64,000 nt of DNA from Monocercomonoides exilis PA203 (taxonomy: Eukaryota; Protista; Preaxostyla): NCBI GenBank assembly GCA_001643675.2, contig LSRY02000023.1, positions 744,001-808,000 on the forward strand. The letters are read 5' to 3'. The notes beneath the pieces were generated by a model that made no database searches, was not told where the DNA came from, and worked only from the letters and a program-made list of their open reading frames with translations. Made by a program: the position numbers and the translations under genes. Every line of letters begins with the position of its first letter. The stretch's first letter is position 1. Shown here in pieces: positions 24,349 to 37,547 of this stretch.

Positions 24349-27300
24349 AGAAAGAGGAGAAAACATAGCAAATGATAACAGTTTGCGTAGAGAAAGCTTC
24401 CAACCAGGAGAAATGAGGGTGTATCCATATTCATTGAATTTAGGCACAATAGATGAAGATGCTGCTAATGAAGAAAGGAAAGAAGAAGAGGAGGAAGAAG
24501 AAGAAGAGGAAGATGAAGAAGAAGAAGAAGAAGAAGAAATATATTTTGTTGGATAGCTTTTTGCCACAGAAGACACTTGAGAAGCGAGGCGTCGAACGTT
24601 CAGAGGAGAAAAGAGGATGGAAAGAAGATCGAAGAAAAGAGGGTATTTTCTGATGAAGAAGGGAGAGAAGAAGGGAGAAGAGGAAGAGGAAGAGGAAGAA
24701 AGAGCAGAAATCAACTGAGAAAGAGAAGAAGAACCAGAATCCAACAGAGCATTTTGTATCAAGTGCGAAATAGAGTGAGGGATATGCGCATCAGAATGGG
24801 AGAGCAAAAGCAGCCAGAGGAGAAGAAGAGAATAAGAAGGAAGAGAAGAAGAAGAGAGGAATGCAGAGAGAGAAGGATGGAGGCTAAGTCGAAGAGACTC
24901 GATTTCTTCGGAGGGAAGAGAGGAAGGATAAGGAGAGTGGGAGAGAGAGAACTGGAGAGAAAGAGAAGAAGAAGAGGAAGAAGAAGAAGTTGATGATTCG
25001 CTCTTCTTTTGATTGGATTGGATGGTTGGGGCGGAAGATAATTGGAAAAGACGCAAAAAGAATTCGTTTCCTTCTTTTTCTTTGGAATTTTCGTTGTTTG
25101 AAGAAGAAGGAGAAGAAGAGGAAGAGGAAGAAAGAGAAGAAGAAGAAGTATTTTCTTCATTTAATATCTTCCTTTCTTCCTCGCTCATCACACACAAATG
25201 CCAGAGGATGTAGCAGCCGATGATGCGAACATGAGGAAGAGTGGAAGAGAGGAGAGAGAGAGAAGACTCAAATATGACATCTACTTCTGTTGAGGGAGAA
25301 GAAAGAGAAGAGGAAGAAGAGGAAGAAGAGGAAGAAGGAGAAGAGAAAGAGGAAGAAGAAGAAGAAGAAGAAGAACATATTGAAAGAGAAGAAGGAGGCA
25401 TAGGAAGAATAAGGGAAGAAAGCGAAGAAACAACAGATTGAATGGCTGCTCTTGTGTTGAACGCACAAAAAGTGGAAGAAGAAAAGAGAGAGAGAAGAAG
25501 AGAAAGAGAAGAGAGGAGTTTTGTTCTGAGCGAAAGGGCTACAGAAAGATATTGGTATTTCAGAGGAAGTTGTTCAATATCAATGAATGAAGAATGGTTG
25601 TTATTGGAGGAAGAAGAAGAAGAAGAAGAAGAAAGAGAAGAAGAAGAAGAAGAAGTTATTGTTGATGAATCTTCTGTTTTGTTGTTGCTTCGGAGGGAGG
25701 AAGGAAGAAGGTAATCAAATGCATTGTATTTCATTATTCTCTTGAAGAAAGAGGAAGAAGAGGAAGAGGAAGAGGAAGAAGAAGATGTTGATGTTGATGT
25801 TGATTTTTCAGCATTTTCTTCTGTATTTTGAAGATAATTTGCTATTTTCAATGAATCTTTTGTTTGTTTTTGACTTGCTTTTCCGCTTCCTTCGCTTAAA
25901 CCTTCTTCTCCTCCTTCTTCTTCTTCTTTCTCCTCTTCTTTCTCCTCTTCTTCTTCTTCTTCCTTCTTTGCATTTTCAGCTTCTATGCTTTCCTTCAATC
26001 TCCTTTGAGAAGAAGAGAAGAAAGAGTCGAGAAGAAGAAGAGAACAACGAATGGACAAAGAAAGAAGAAGAGAAAGAGAATTCAGAATGTTCTGTTGAAC
26101 TGAGATCTCATTGATGTTATTGGTGTTATTAACATTATTGTTATGTTTTGTTGATATAACTTTATCTTTTTCTTTTTCTTTTTCTTTTGTATTTGAAGAT
26201 GAAGATGAAGAAGAAGAAGATAATGAAGAAGAAGAAGAAGAAGAAGAGCATAAAACATTCTCTTTGTTATTATTATTATTATTGCAATCTTCTTCTTCAC
26301 AAGGCAAGCAATTTCTGATTGCATCTTCTCTGAAATATGCCAACGGAGTCAAAATAAAAGGTAGCTTTTTCCCTTCTTTTTGCTGTTTCAAAAGAGGGAA
26401 AATGAAAAATGATGAATTTTTGAGGGCAAAAATAGAAGAACATTCAACAATACGCCAAATTGACAGAGAAACAACGAAATTCGGGTTTAACAGCATGTTT
26501 TGAGTGAAAAGTGACTTTTCTTTGGTTTCTTCTTCTTTTCCTTCTTTTTCCTTTCGTTTTTCTTCCATTTCCTTTGAAATGTCAGCAAAGGAGTGATATT
26601 TTGACAGTATTTTGTGAGCAAATGAATGGAATAGCTTGACAAAATGAAGAGAAGACAGAAGAAAGCGAAGAAGAGAGACGAAGAAGGAGATTTGAGAAGA
26701 AAATGAAGGAGAAGAAGAAGAAGAAAGAGAAGAAGAAGAAAGAGGAAGAGGAGAGGAAGAAGAAGAAAGAGAAAGAGAAGAAGAAGAAGAAATATAATCA
26801 GCAAATGAAGCAATTCTTGCTTGCAGTAAATCGTGTTGAGAAGACAAGAATATTCCAATGGAATTACAAACAGTATTAAGTTGAGGATTAAGATGTTTGA
26901 TTGAATATCTTGAACGATTTAAAGAAAAGAAAGAAGAGGAGGAAGAAGAGAAAGAGGATGAAGAAGAAGAAGAAGAAGAAGAAGAAGAAGAAAATGAAAT
27001 TAATTGCTTTGTTAGCCAATTTAGTGTGTTTGTTAAGTCAGAAAACGAAGAATCGTTTGAGATTTCAATGATTTCATTCAATTTTGAAGCAAATATTGTG
27101 GAAACATCATCTTTTTGGATAGATTTTTGAATAATTTGTGATTTTTATTCTTCTTTCTTCTCTTCTTCTTTTTCTCTTTTCCCTCCTTCTTTCTTCTCTT
27201 CTTCTTCTTTCTTCTCTTCTCCTTCTCTTTCTCTTTCTCTTTCTTTCTCTTCTCTTTCTTCTTCTCTTTCCTTCTCCATTCCCACAGGATATTCAGCAAA

Positions 27301-27423
27301 TGAAGCATTAGCAAGTTTCTGCATAAGATCTTCTTGTGACAGAGAACGAGAAGAATTCACACCCAAAAAGATGGAAGAAGCGTATGTCAATCGGAGAGAA
27401 GAGAAGAAGGAGAAGGAAGATGG

Positions 27424-27454
<31 letters not shown>

Positions 27455-28369
27455 AATAATGAAGAAGTGAAAGAAGAAGAAAGAGAAAGAGAAGAAGAAT
27501 TTGAAGAAGATGATGAAGATGAAGATGAAGGAGAAGAAGTAACTTGATTTGTTTTCTTTTCGTTTTCTTCATGTTCATTTTGAGAAGATATAAGAGAAGG
27601 CAAGACCAAAGCGAAGAAGAGGAGAAGAGAAGAAGAAGAAAGAAGAAATTCTCGTGAACGAATAGCTGGATGAAGAGGATGGCAAACAAAGAAGGAAGAG
27701 GAAGAAGAAGAAGAAAGAGAAGAAGAAGAAGAAGAAGAAGCTAATAACAATTCGTGAGGACTTATCATTTGACAAGTAGAGGCTAAGGAGAAGAGAAGAG
27801 AAGGAGATGATGAAGAAGATGATGATGATGATGATGAATTGTTTCTTTCTCTTCTCTTTCTTCTTCCTTCTCGTTCTCCTTCCTCCTTCTCCTCCTCCTC
27901 CTCTTCTTCTTCTTCTTCTTCTTCATTATTCTCCTCTTCTTTCTTTCCATTTATTTCAAAGTTTTGTCCCATCATAATCGTTTGAGTGGTATGCAGATCA
28001 GAAATAACAAGAGAAAGGCTTAAGAGAAGAAGAAGAGGAGGACGAAGAAGAAGAGAAAGAGGATGGAGAGAGGAAGAGGAGAAGAAGAAGGATAAAGAAT
28101 CAAGAAGAGACAGTTTGGAGGAAGAGGAAGAGGAAGGAGAGGAAGAGGAAGAGGAAGAGGAAGAGGAAGAGGAAGAGGAAGAGGAAGAGGAAGAGGAAGA
28201 GGAAGAGGAAGAGGAAGAGGAAGAAAGAGAATGAGAAGAAGAAATGGAATTAATTTCTTCTTCTCTTTCTTCTTCTTCTTCTTCTTCTTGTTTCAAAGAA
28301 GAAACAAAAGAATAAATAGAGAGGAATATTTTGGAAAGAACAAAGGAATAAGAGAGAGAGAGGAAGAAA

Positions 28370-28404
<35 letters not shown>

Positions 28405-31400
28405 AAGAGAAGAAGAAGAAGAATTAATCAAACAAGAAGCAGATGAAATTGAAGGAAGAAGAAAGTCTCTTTGAAGAATGTTAAATGGAGAGATGTCATC
28501 AATGTTAATGTTCTGAAGAGAATGTTTGGAGTCTTTTTTGGAAGAAGAAGAGGAAGGAGAGGGAGAAGGAGAAAGAGAAGGAGAAAGAGAAGGAGAAAGA
28601 GAAGGAGAAAGAGAAGGAGAAAGAGAAGGAGAAAGAGAAGAAGAAATTGAAGAGGAAGAAGAAGAAGAAGAAGAAATTAATGATTTAGAAGAAGAATTAC
28701 CGCTATTATTATTATTATTCAGTCCAAAAGGATTGTAAAGCAAAAGAATAACAGAAAGGAAAGATGATCCATTGACATACGTGTTTTTGAAGAAAGAGAA
28801 CAAGAAAGAGATTAAAGGGAGGGTTATGGGAAGAAGTCGGGGTGTGAGGGATAAGAGAGAAGAAGGAGAGAAAGGAGAAGAAGAAAGAGAAGAGGAGGAG
28901 GAGGAGGAAGAAGAAGAATTTAATGAAGAAGAAGAAGAGGAAGAAGAAGAATATTCATTTGATTCGTTTCCATTGTGAAGTTGAGTGAGGAATTCGAAGA
29001 GATGATGAAGAGAGGCAGGGGAAGAGGCAGAACTTGGGGTGGAATAAGAAGAAGAAGAAGAGGAGGAGGAGGAGGAAGAGGAGGAGGAAGAAGAATTTGA
29101 TGAAGAATGAGAAGAAGAAGAAGAAGTATAACCAGAATTATTATTCAAAGAAGAAATAAAATGTTTTTCTGCTTTTTTTGAGGGTGTATTTGATATGCTT
29201 CTTGCATATGCAGCAAAATCGTTACCTAATTTGGAACATACGGAATCATACCAATGGACAGCCAGGGTGCCAAAACAGGCAGCTACGAACACCCTCCCAA
29301 TTAGGAAGTGGAGAAGAGAAAGAGAAGAAGAAGAGGAAGAGGAAGGAGAAGAAGAAGAAAGAAGATGATAATGATTAGAAGGCAAAGATATTTGGAGAAG
29401 ATGAATGATGGCATATTGAGAACGTTCAACTGATTTTAAGAAGGAAGAAGAGGAAGAAGAAGAAGAAGAATGAGAAGAAGAAGAAGAGGAATAAAGAGAA
29501 GGAGCAAAAAGAGAGGCAAAAAGATAGAGGAAAAGAGTTTCTTGAGGAGAAAGATAAGAAAATGGCTTTGTTTGTTTGTTCGAAGAAGAAGAAAGAGAAG
29601 AAGAAGAAGAAGAAGAAGAAGAATTTACAGAGCAAATGTTGGAGAGAAGGAGAGGAAGAGAAGAAGAAAGAACTTTTATGATGTTTGGAAGGCTAAGAGT
29701 TGACAGAGGAGAAGAAGAAGAAAGAGAAGAAGAAGAAGAAGAAGAATTTGATGTTAAAAGAGCAATTTTAACGATATCGACAACTTTGAGAAGAAGAGAA
29801 GAGAAAGAAGGAGACGTTAATAGAGAAGATAAATGTTTTTCTTTGACAATCGATTTATTAGAAGAAGAAGATGATGATGATGGTGATGATGGTGATGATG
29901 TTTCAGATGAAATACATGAAGAATCTTTCTCTTTCTCTTTCTCTTTCTCTTTCTCTTCTTCTCCTTTTTCCTTTTCTTTCTCCTTCTCTCCCTCTTCTTC
30001 TTTCTCCTCCTCTTCTTCCTCTTCTTCTTCCCTTTCCTCTTCCCCATCATCATATTCATCCACATCAATAACTGTCTCTCTCAACAAAAATGAGAGCAAA
30101 TGAGAAGAAGAAGAAATAGCAGCTGTTTTCATCATAGAAACAGCTGGAATGTGACGAGGATGAAGAGAAGAAGAGAGAGAAGAAGAAGAAGAAAGAGAAA
30201 GAGAAGAGGAAGAAGAGGAAGAAGAATTATGATGATGAGGAGGAGGAAGAAGGAGAGGATTCGCTAAGTAAGAAGCAGAAGAAGAGAGAGAAAGAGAAAC
30301 TGAACATAATGAATCTTGTTCTGGAAGAGAAGGAGAAGAAGAGGAAGAGGAAGAAGAAGAAGAAGAAGAAGAAGTTATGATATTGTTCTTATCAATATCC
30401 ATTTTCTCTTTCTCTTTCTCCTTCTCCTCCTTCTCCTTCTCTTTCTTCTTCATCTTTCTCATCTTCTCCTTTTTGCTTTCTTCATCACTCAAAAACTCTT
30501 TTCTGATCGTTTCGTTGTATTTCCTCAAAAACAAAGCAAACGTTTTGATTGAAAATGGATTTTGTTTGTTTTCGTTGCTTTTTGTTTGTCGATTTCTTAT
30601 TCTTCCTCCTCTTCCTTCGATTTCTTCTTCTTCTTCTTCTTCTTCTTCTTCTGTTTCTTCTTCGCTTTCTTCACTTTCTTCCTCCTCTTCTTCTTCAAAT
30701 TCTTCCTCTTCCTCTTCGTTTTCTTCATTGTCCTCTTCTTCTTCTGATTCATTCTCTAATTTATCAGAATTTTCCGTTTCTTCTTCATTTTCTTTGCCTT
30801 TTTCATTTTCTTCATCGCTTTCTTTCTCTTTCCCTTCTTCATCATTTTCCTCCTCCTCTTCTTCTTCTTCTTTCTCTTCCTCTTCACTTTCTTTCTCCTT
30901 TTCTTCTTCCTCATCCTCTTCCTCTTCTTCCTTCTCCACTTTCTTCGGATCCAGCACAAAATCAAACGATTTCAGCGCAATTAGATCGATCAAAGGAGAA
31001 GAAATGAACGAAGGCAGAGGAGAAGAAGAGAGGGAGATGGAGATGGAGACAGAAGAAGGAGAGAAAGCGGAAGAAGAGAAAGGGTGTTTGATGTTGTGGA
31101 GGTTGTCTATGAGGGTGGTGGAGAGGTGGGAGAGAGAGAAAGAAGGGGGAGGAAGAGGAGAAGAAGAAAAAGGAGAAGAAGGAGAAAGAGAAGAAGGAGA
31201 AGGAGAAGAGGAAGAAGAAAGAGAGGAAGAAGAAGAATTAGAAGAAGAAGATAACATCATTTGTGCCATTTTTGATCTCGAAGCAGAGGTGGAGAGAGAA
31301 GAAGAAGCGATGTTTCTTTCTTTGATGAAAGAGAGAGAGACAAGAAGAGGATGAAGAGAAGGTAGAAGACGACGAAATGAGCGATGTTTGTGGGATTCAG

Positions 31401-32113
31401 CTAAATTCAGCCCTTTTGTGAGGAAATCATTCCAGAGCTGTTGGCAGAGGAAGAGGGAAGATTTTTTGATGGAGAGAGAGGGAGAAGGAGAAGAAGAAGA
31501 AGATAATAATGAAGAATCAATAGAAGTAGAAGATGATGATGATGATGATGAAGCAGAAGAAGAAGAAGAAGAAGAAGAATTTACATATTCATTTCCATTT
31601 CCATCTCCATTTATTTCTTTCTCTCTTGAATGCAGCATCATAATCCTCTTCACACACATCCCCACAATAGCAGCAGCAACAGCCAAAGGAGAGAGAGAAG
31701 AAGAAGACGAAGAGAAGAGAAAAGTTTTTGTTATGTTTGTCTCTTTGATGGAGGAAGAAAGGAAAGGAAACAAAAACCCATTGCAGAGAAGAAGAATTTC
31801 GTCTGTTTCTGTTTGGATTCGATGCGATTGGAGCTGCAACAGTATTTTGTTGAGTTCCATTTGAGAAGAGGTTAATTCATGATGATGATGATGATGAAAT
31901 TCTTCTTCTTTGGATTTTTCTTCTTTTTCTTTCTCTTTTTCTTTCTCTTCTTTCTCTTCTTTCTCTTTCCTTTTCTTCTCTTTTTCTTCTTCCTCTTTCT
32001 CTTCCATCTTCTCTAATTGCTTTCCCCATATAGCTGAATCAATTCGTGGAATGGAGAGAAAAGGAAGAGAAAGAAGGAAATATGAAAAGGAATATAAAGT
32101 TGGGGATGAAAAT

Positions 32114-32145
<32 letters not shown>

Positions 32146-32470
32146 AAGAGAAGGAGAAGGAGAAAAAGAAGAAAGAGAAGAAGAAAGAGAGGAAGAAAGA
32201 GAGGAAGAAAGAGAGGAAGAAGAAACAAATAATGATTTCTTTGCGCAATCAACCAGAACAAAAGGATTCAGGATCGAAAAAGCATCGAAGAGAAGAGAAA
32301 GAGTAGAGAAGAAGGTTTGAGGAGATGTGACGGAGAGAGAAGAAGAGGAAGAAGAGAGAAGAGAAGAAGACAGCATCGGCTGGAACAAAGAGGAGAACAA
32401 AGATTGCTGCATGATATCGAAGTGGAGGAGGAGGAGAGGGAGAGGGAGAGGAAGAGAAGAAGGAGAAGGA

Positions 32471-32505
<35 letters not shown>

Positions 32506-35175
32506 AGAAGAATTTGAAATCAATTGAATTCTTGTTTGTTTTGTGGAATGGCACAAATTGTGACGAAGGTTGTTTATTCGATGGAAGAATGAATGGATGA
32601 TGTTTGAGATAGCATTGGGGGAGAAGGAAGAAGAGCTTAATTTAGAAAGAGAAGAAGAAGAAGAAGAGGAGGAGGAAGAAGAAGAGGAGGAAGAAGAAGA
32701 AGAAGAAGAAGAAGAAAGAGAAGATAAATTAGAGTAAAAAACAGATAATGCTTGTCCAACACGATTCCATTCGATGCAGAAGGCAGAAAGAAGATGAGAC
32801 GAATGTGTTTGAGGGATTTCTATTGGATTGTTGGAGGAAGAAGAAGAGGAAGAAGAAGAGGAAGAAGAAGAGGAGGAAGAAGAAGAAGAAGAATTTTTGA
32901 TTCTTTCTCCTTTATCTTCATCTTCTTCTTCTTTCCTTCCATTCTTATTGTTATTATTATTATTATTATTCATTCCATTCACTGTTTGTTCCCTTCTGAT
33001 GTGTTTGATGATGTTCTGGCAACATCCACACAAAGCAGAAGACATGATGGTTGTTATGACATGTTGAGGATATTGTTCAAGAGAAGAGGAAGAGGCAGGG
33101 GTGGAGAGAGAGAAGGAGGAGGAAGAGGAAGAAGAGGAAGAAGAAGAAAGAGAAGAAGAAGGAGAAGAGAAGGAAGAAGGCGAAAAAGCAGAGAAGAATG
33201 AAGAAGAAGATGCATTTTTAGCTGAAATCTTCGCAAGCAACTCCAGAAAATCTCCAATTGTGGAAACAGACATAACTTTTGCCTTGTTTAATAGCAATGA
33301 ACAGAAAGACTCTTCTAACTTAGACATCTTCTTCTTATTCTTCTTGTTCTTATTCTTCTTCAAAATATTCATCATCCTTCTATCTCCATTTATTTCTTCT
33401 CTTTTAATGGATTTCTTTGGTTTATCACTTTCATTTGTTTCCTCTTCTTTTTCTTTTTCTTTTTCATCTTTTGTTTCATTCTTTGTCTTCATCATCATTT
33501 TCTTCTCTTTCTCCTTCTCTTTCTCCCTTTCTTTCTCCTTCTCTCTTTCTTTCTCTTCCTCTCCTTCCACCTTCACATCCACAGTTCTTGCCACCAATTC
33601 AAATACTTCTCCTATTCCATTGGCAATGCTCATCCAATCGTCTGTCGAATGCGAAGGAGAAGGCGCTCCTTCAATCAGCGCACGCAGCAAGAGACGCACA
33701 TCACTCTCTATCAGAAGAGGAGAAAGAGTGCAGGTTGAAGAGGAAGAAGGGGAGGAGGAAGAAGGGGAGGAGGAAGAGGAAAAAGAAGAAGAGGAAGAAG
33801 ATGTTGAAGATGCACCTCCTTCTTCTTCTTTATCATCATACAAACTGACAATCTTCACTTGTGCAGGAGACAGCAACAAATGGAACAGAGGAAGCAGACA
33901 CGAATAGCACAAAGAAGGTGAAAGACGCGTCTTCGTCTTCAGAAACGCTGCCAGCGAAGGAACAAGCTCCTTCCTCAGTCCATCATTCCCCAGCGCTGTT
34001 CTGAATGAGTTGCCGACTGCTGCTATCTCTTCTTCTCTCTCATTGCTATCACAACTTCCCTCACATCTTCCTTCACATTCATCATCATCTTCTTCCTCCT
34101 CCTCATCATCATCATTGCTACTCTTCCTCTTCAGAATGACATATTTTGGATTCAGGAACGCCTTGAGTGTCGACAGCATCATGTCAAAAAGCGAGCGGAA
34201 TGCTACAACCGACGTCTCGCTGTAGCAGCTGATGATGTGCTTGGCCAGCGCCGGCAGCATCCGCTCGAAGTAGTCAGGGACAGAACGCACCAGAATCGCC
34301 ATCACAGAATACGCTGAAGATCGGATAGCAGGAGTCGGGTTGTGCAAGACAGAGACTAAAGAGATTGTGGACTGCTGGAAGAAGTACTGGGTGTTGTAGC
34401 CCTTCGGCTGGCTGTATCGCTCTTCATCGCTAAACAGCAGCTCTGCCACATCCTGCGGCGTCTGACCTTCGTTTCTGCCGGCAGCAGCTTTTGCTGTTGC
34501 ATCGTGGGCAAATCTTTCTACGAGATCTCCAGCTCCTAATAATGCTGCAGATCCAATTCGCCCAAATCTCTCTTCAGAAACTTGAGCAAGTTCATCGTCT
34601 TCGGCTACTCCTTTAACACCATCAGCAAAAATTGTGGTGCAATGACGAATAATGTCATCTTGAAAACGTTTTAGAACTGCCAACTGCTTCTCAGGCGTTG
34701 AAAATGTCGTATTAAACGCAAGTCTTGCAGAATTTCTAACATCAGGATTAACATCATGCATTAAAATCCACCACCATCGTAAAGTAGATCCTAAATGAGG
34801 TGCAAATTGCTTCCCGCATCGGCTCATTATTTGTCCATGAAGAGAACATGTAGATTCTCTGATAATTGATCTATTACTTAATGCAAGGTTATTAAAATGA
34901 AATGCCCAATGTGGAAGCATGTTTGTAATTTGTTCGCTTGTGAATGTTGGAATTCTTTTGATAAGTTCTTGGAGAGCAGTGTTACAACTTATTGCATCTC
35001 GTTTTTTCAATGGACTGAACAAAGTTGCAATTTCTGGATCGAGTTTGCTCTCTGACAGAGTTGACAAAAAAGATGCAATTGAGCTGTCGCTGCTCCCGAA
35101 TGATGTCTGAACATTCTGAACAATTTTAACTGCTTCCGTACTACTGGCTGAACGTTGTCCTTTTTTGTGAAACAT
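22951..35175 (-). CDS. LTN1: E3 ubiquitin ligase Listerin/LTN1, ~4,070 codons, one in-frame TAA at 27147-27145
   Basis: N-terminal LKKRDAISCNTALQEL...LPHWAFHFNNLAL...IRE...GKQFAPHL...WWILMHD matches the Listerin N-terminal domain. C-terminal FFAGCEPCPICFSVV...LPRARCRECEKCFHGACLQNWFRAS...CPHC matches its RING. The two tracked ORFs are in the same frame. Confidence 0.9.
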
Positions 35176-35509
35176 CAACACTATAAATTATATAATATAA
35201 TGCGTAAAAAAGAAGTAACATATTAAGAAACAAAATAAAATCGATACCGCTTAGAAATTAATAATTTTTTGAAATGCAATTCTTAATATTTTAGTATGGT
35301 CAATTTCCATATTTTTATTTTCATCCAACCCCTTATGAAAATAAAAGCATTTCTAAATTGTCAACTTTTTGCTTCAACTTTTTTTGCATTTCTTTATATC
35401 AATATGTTGTTTATTTTAGAAGATAATAACATGCAGTGTCTCATCCAAACGAGATAAAAATATTTTCAAAGACAACCTTAATTAATATTGAAAATTTGAT
35501 TTTTGAAAT

Positions 35510-36993
35510 ATGAGCCATTCTGTTCCTCTTTCCTTGGCAAATTTCGAAATAGGAAGATTGCTCGGCCAGGGGCATTATGGTAATGTATATGTTGTTAGGG
35601 AAAGATCTTCTGGATTTATCTGCGCCATGAAGATATTAGATAAAATTCAAATGCTTCGAGATAGAAGCGAAGAGCAAATCATAGCTGAAATCAAAATTAT
35701 GTTATCATTGAAGTATGAAGCATTAATTATGTTATCTTCATATTTTTATTTTTCATTTTTATCCAAAATCAGACATCCGAATATTGGAAGGTTGTATACT
35801 TACTTTTATGATGAACGTCGTGTATATCTTGTGACGGAGTATTGCCCAGACGGAGATTTTTATAAAATTATTACAAAATATAAAAGATTGCCGGAAAGTG
35901 TTGCTGCAAAAGTTTGGATTTGTGCATTTGATAATTTTTTGAATTAATTTTTTTCAGTTCACATATCAAATAGCAAGTGCGCTTGATTATATGCATAGTC
36001 AACATGTTTTTCACAGAGACTTAAAGCCAGGTTTGTTTTTGTATCCTTTCCTTTTACCTTTTTCAAAGAGTTTTTGAAACAACACTATTATCAGAAAACA
36101 TTCTTGTTGGAAAGGGAGGCAATCTTAAAATATCTGACTTTGGCTGCTCTGTTCAATGGACAGATGATGGGCGTAGAAGTACTATTATTGGAACAGAAGA
36201 ATATTTTCCGCCTGAAATATTGGAGAAAAAGCTTTATGATTACAGGATAGATATTTGGACTCTTGGAGTTATGATTTATGAAATGATAAATGGAATAACA
36301 CCTTTTTATGATGATTCAAGGGCACAACTCGAAGAAAGTATTCGAAAGGGAGAATATGTGTTTACACAATATTTTGTTGATGAAGACGGAAAAGATTTGA
36401 TTCGGAATCTGCTTCAAATTGATCCAGATAAAAGGCTGACATTGCAGCAAGTGCTCCATCATCCATTTATTGTGAAGCACATGAGAGACCCCCGCACTCC
36501 ATTTGAAATATTGAGCACGGTTCCAATACCTCGGAAGCATTCATCTCATCCTGTTGAAGAGAAAAAAGAGGAACCTGTTCATGCGGCACCTCAACAAGTT
36601 GCTCAGCCTTTAATAAATCCTGCTCAAATGCAATCAGATTCTGAGCCTTCGCAAAAAGTTGAGCAGGAAGAGAAAAGCAAAGATGACCATCAAAAGCAGC
36701 TTTTCCTTCACCAGCAATTTCAAGTTGCTTCTCAAATTCAACGGCAACAGCTTAAGCATTTCACAATTCCATCTTCTTTCGGTTCTTCATCATTTTCTGT
36801 ATCTTCAACACCTTTTACATCATATGCATCTCCATCCAATCCTTCGTCTTCGTCTTCGTCTTCTTCGAAGCTTCCACAATTTCATTCTGCTGTGCCAATG
36901 GCAATGCCTGTTTCTTCATCAAATCGAATGGACATTGAAAATGAAGGATACGTTGAGCCTAACACTTCAATTGGATTGAGGCAAAAGATGTAA
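35510..36993 (+). CDS. Aurora-like Ser/Thr kinase, 4 exons (introns 35713-35772, 35912-35957, 36031-36094)
   Basis: LANFEIGRLLGQGHYGNVYVVRE, AMK, EIKIMLSLKHPNI..LYTYFYDERRVYLVTEY, HRDLKPEN, KISDFG, RRST..GT.EY.PPE and DIWTLGV. The spliced frame is continuous. Confidence 0.85.
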
Positions 36994-37547
36994 ATAACTT
37001 GAGGAATAAACATTTAAAAGATCACTTCTTTCATTTCGCTGAATTCAAGTTTATCTAAATCCCAGTTACTGAAATAATGAAATGGGATATTTGTAGCAAT
37101 TGAATGGTATGATTTTGAATCAATCAATTATTGCTTTGATTTACTATAGAATCTTGATAAGTGTTTAAATTCTTTTTTCAAAATGTAATCTTTTTCGATA
37201 TTGAACTTCTATATTATTTCTTGGGAGTAACATTACACTCTCGAGTAAAAATTGTTCTGATTCTGTGGTATTTCTGTGAAATTCACAGAAAATGTTCCTC
37301 TTTTTTTTCTCTGTTTTTCGTCTGTTTGTGTGTTTTCAAAACTTAAATTTTGCTTTCTTTTTTCAACTTTTTTTGTCGTGCCATATTTCGGAGACATTTC
37401 ACTGAATGTTTGTATAAAAATTGAAAGAAATGAAACAAAATGGAAATGAGAGGGAAAGAGATACAAGATTTTTTGCTTTTTATAAACATTAGATTTTTAA
37501 AAAAAAAAATCGGAAAAAAGTGAAGATATGACAATGTTTGAAGATAT

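Noticed and set aside
27145-27147. Alternative genetic code with TAA/TAG read as Gln, as in some oxymonads
   Set aside because: Only one TAA occurs in about 4,070 codons, Gln is encoded by CAA/CAG throughout, and LTN1, the kinase and pepD end at TAA or TAG where expected.
22905-35110. Dozens of overlapping Glu-, Arg-, Leu- or Phe-rich ORFs on both strands
   Set aside because: Shadow frames of the stop-poor TCT/GAA repeats in LTN1.
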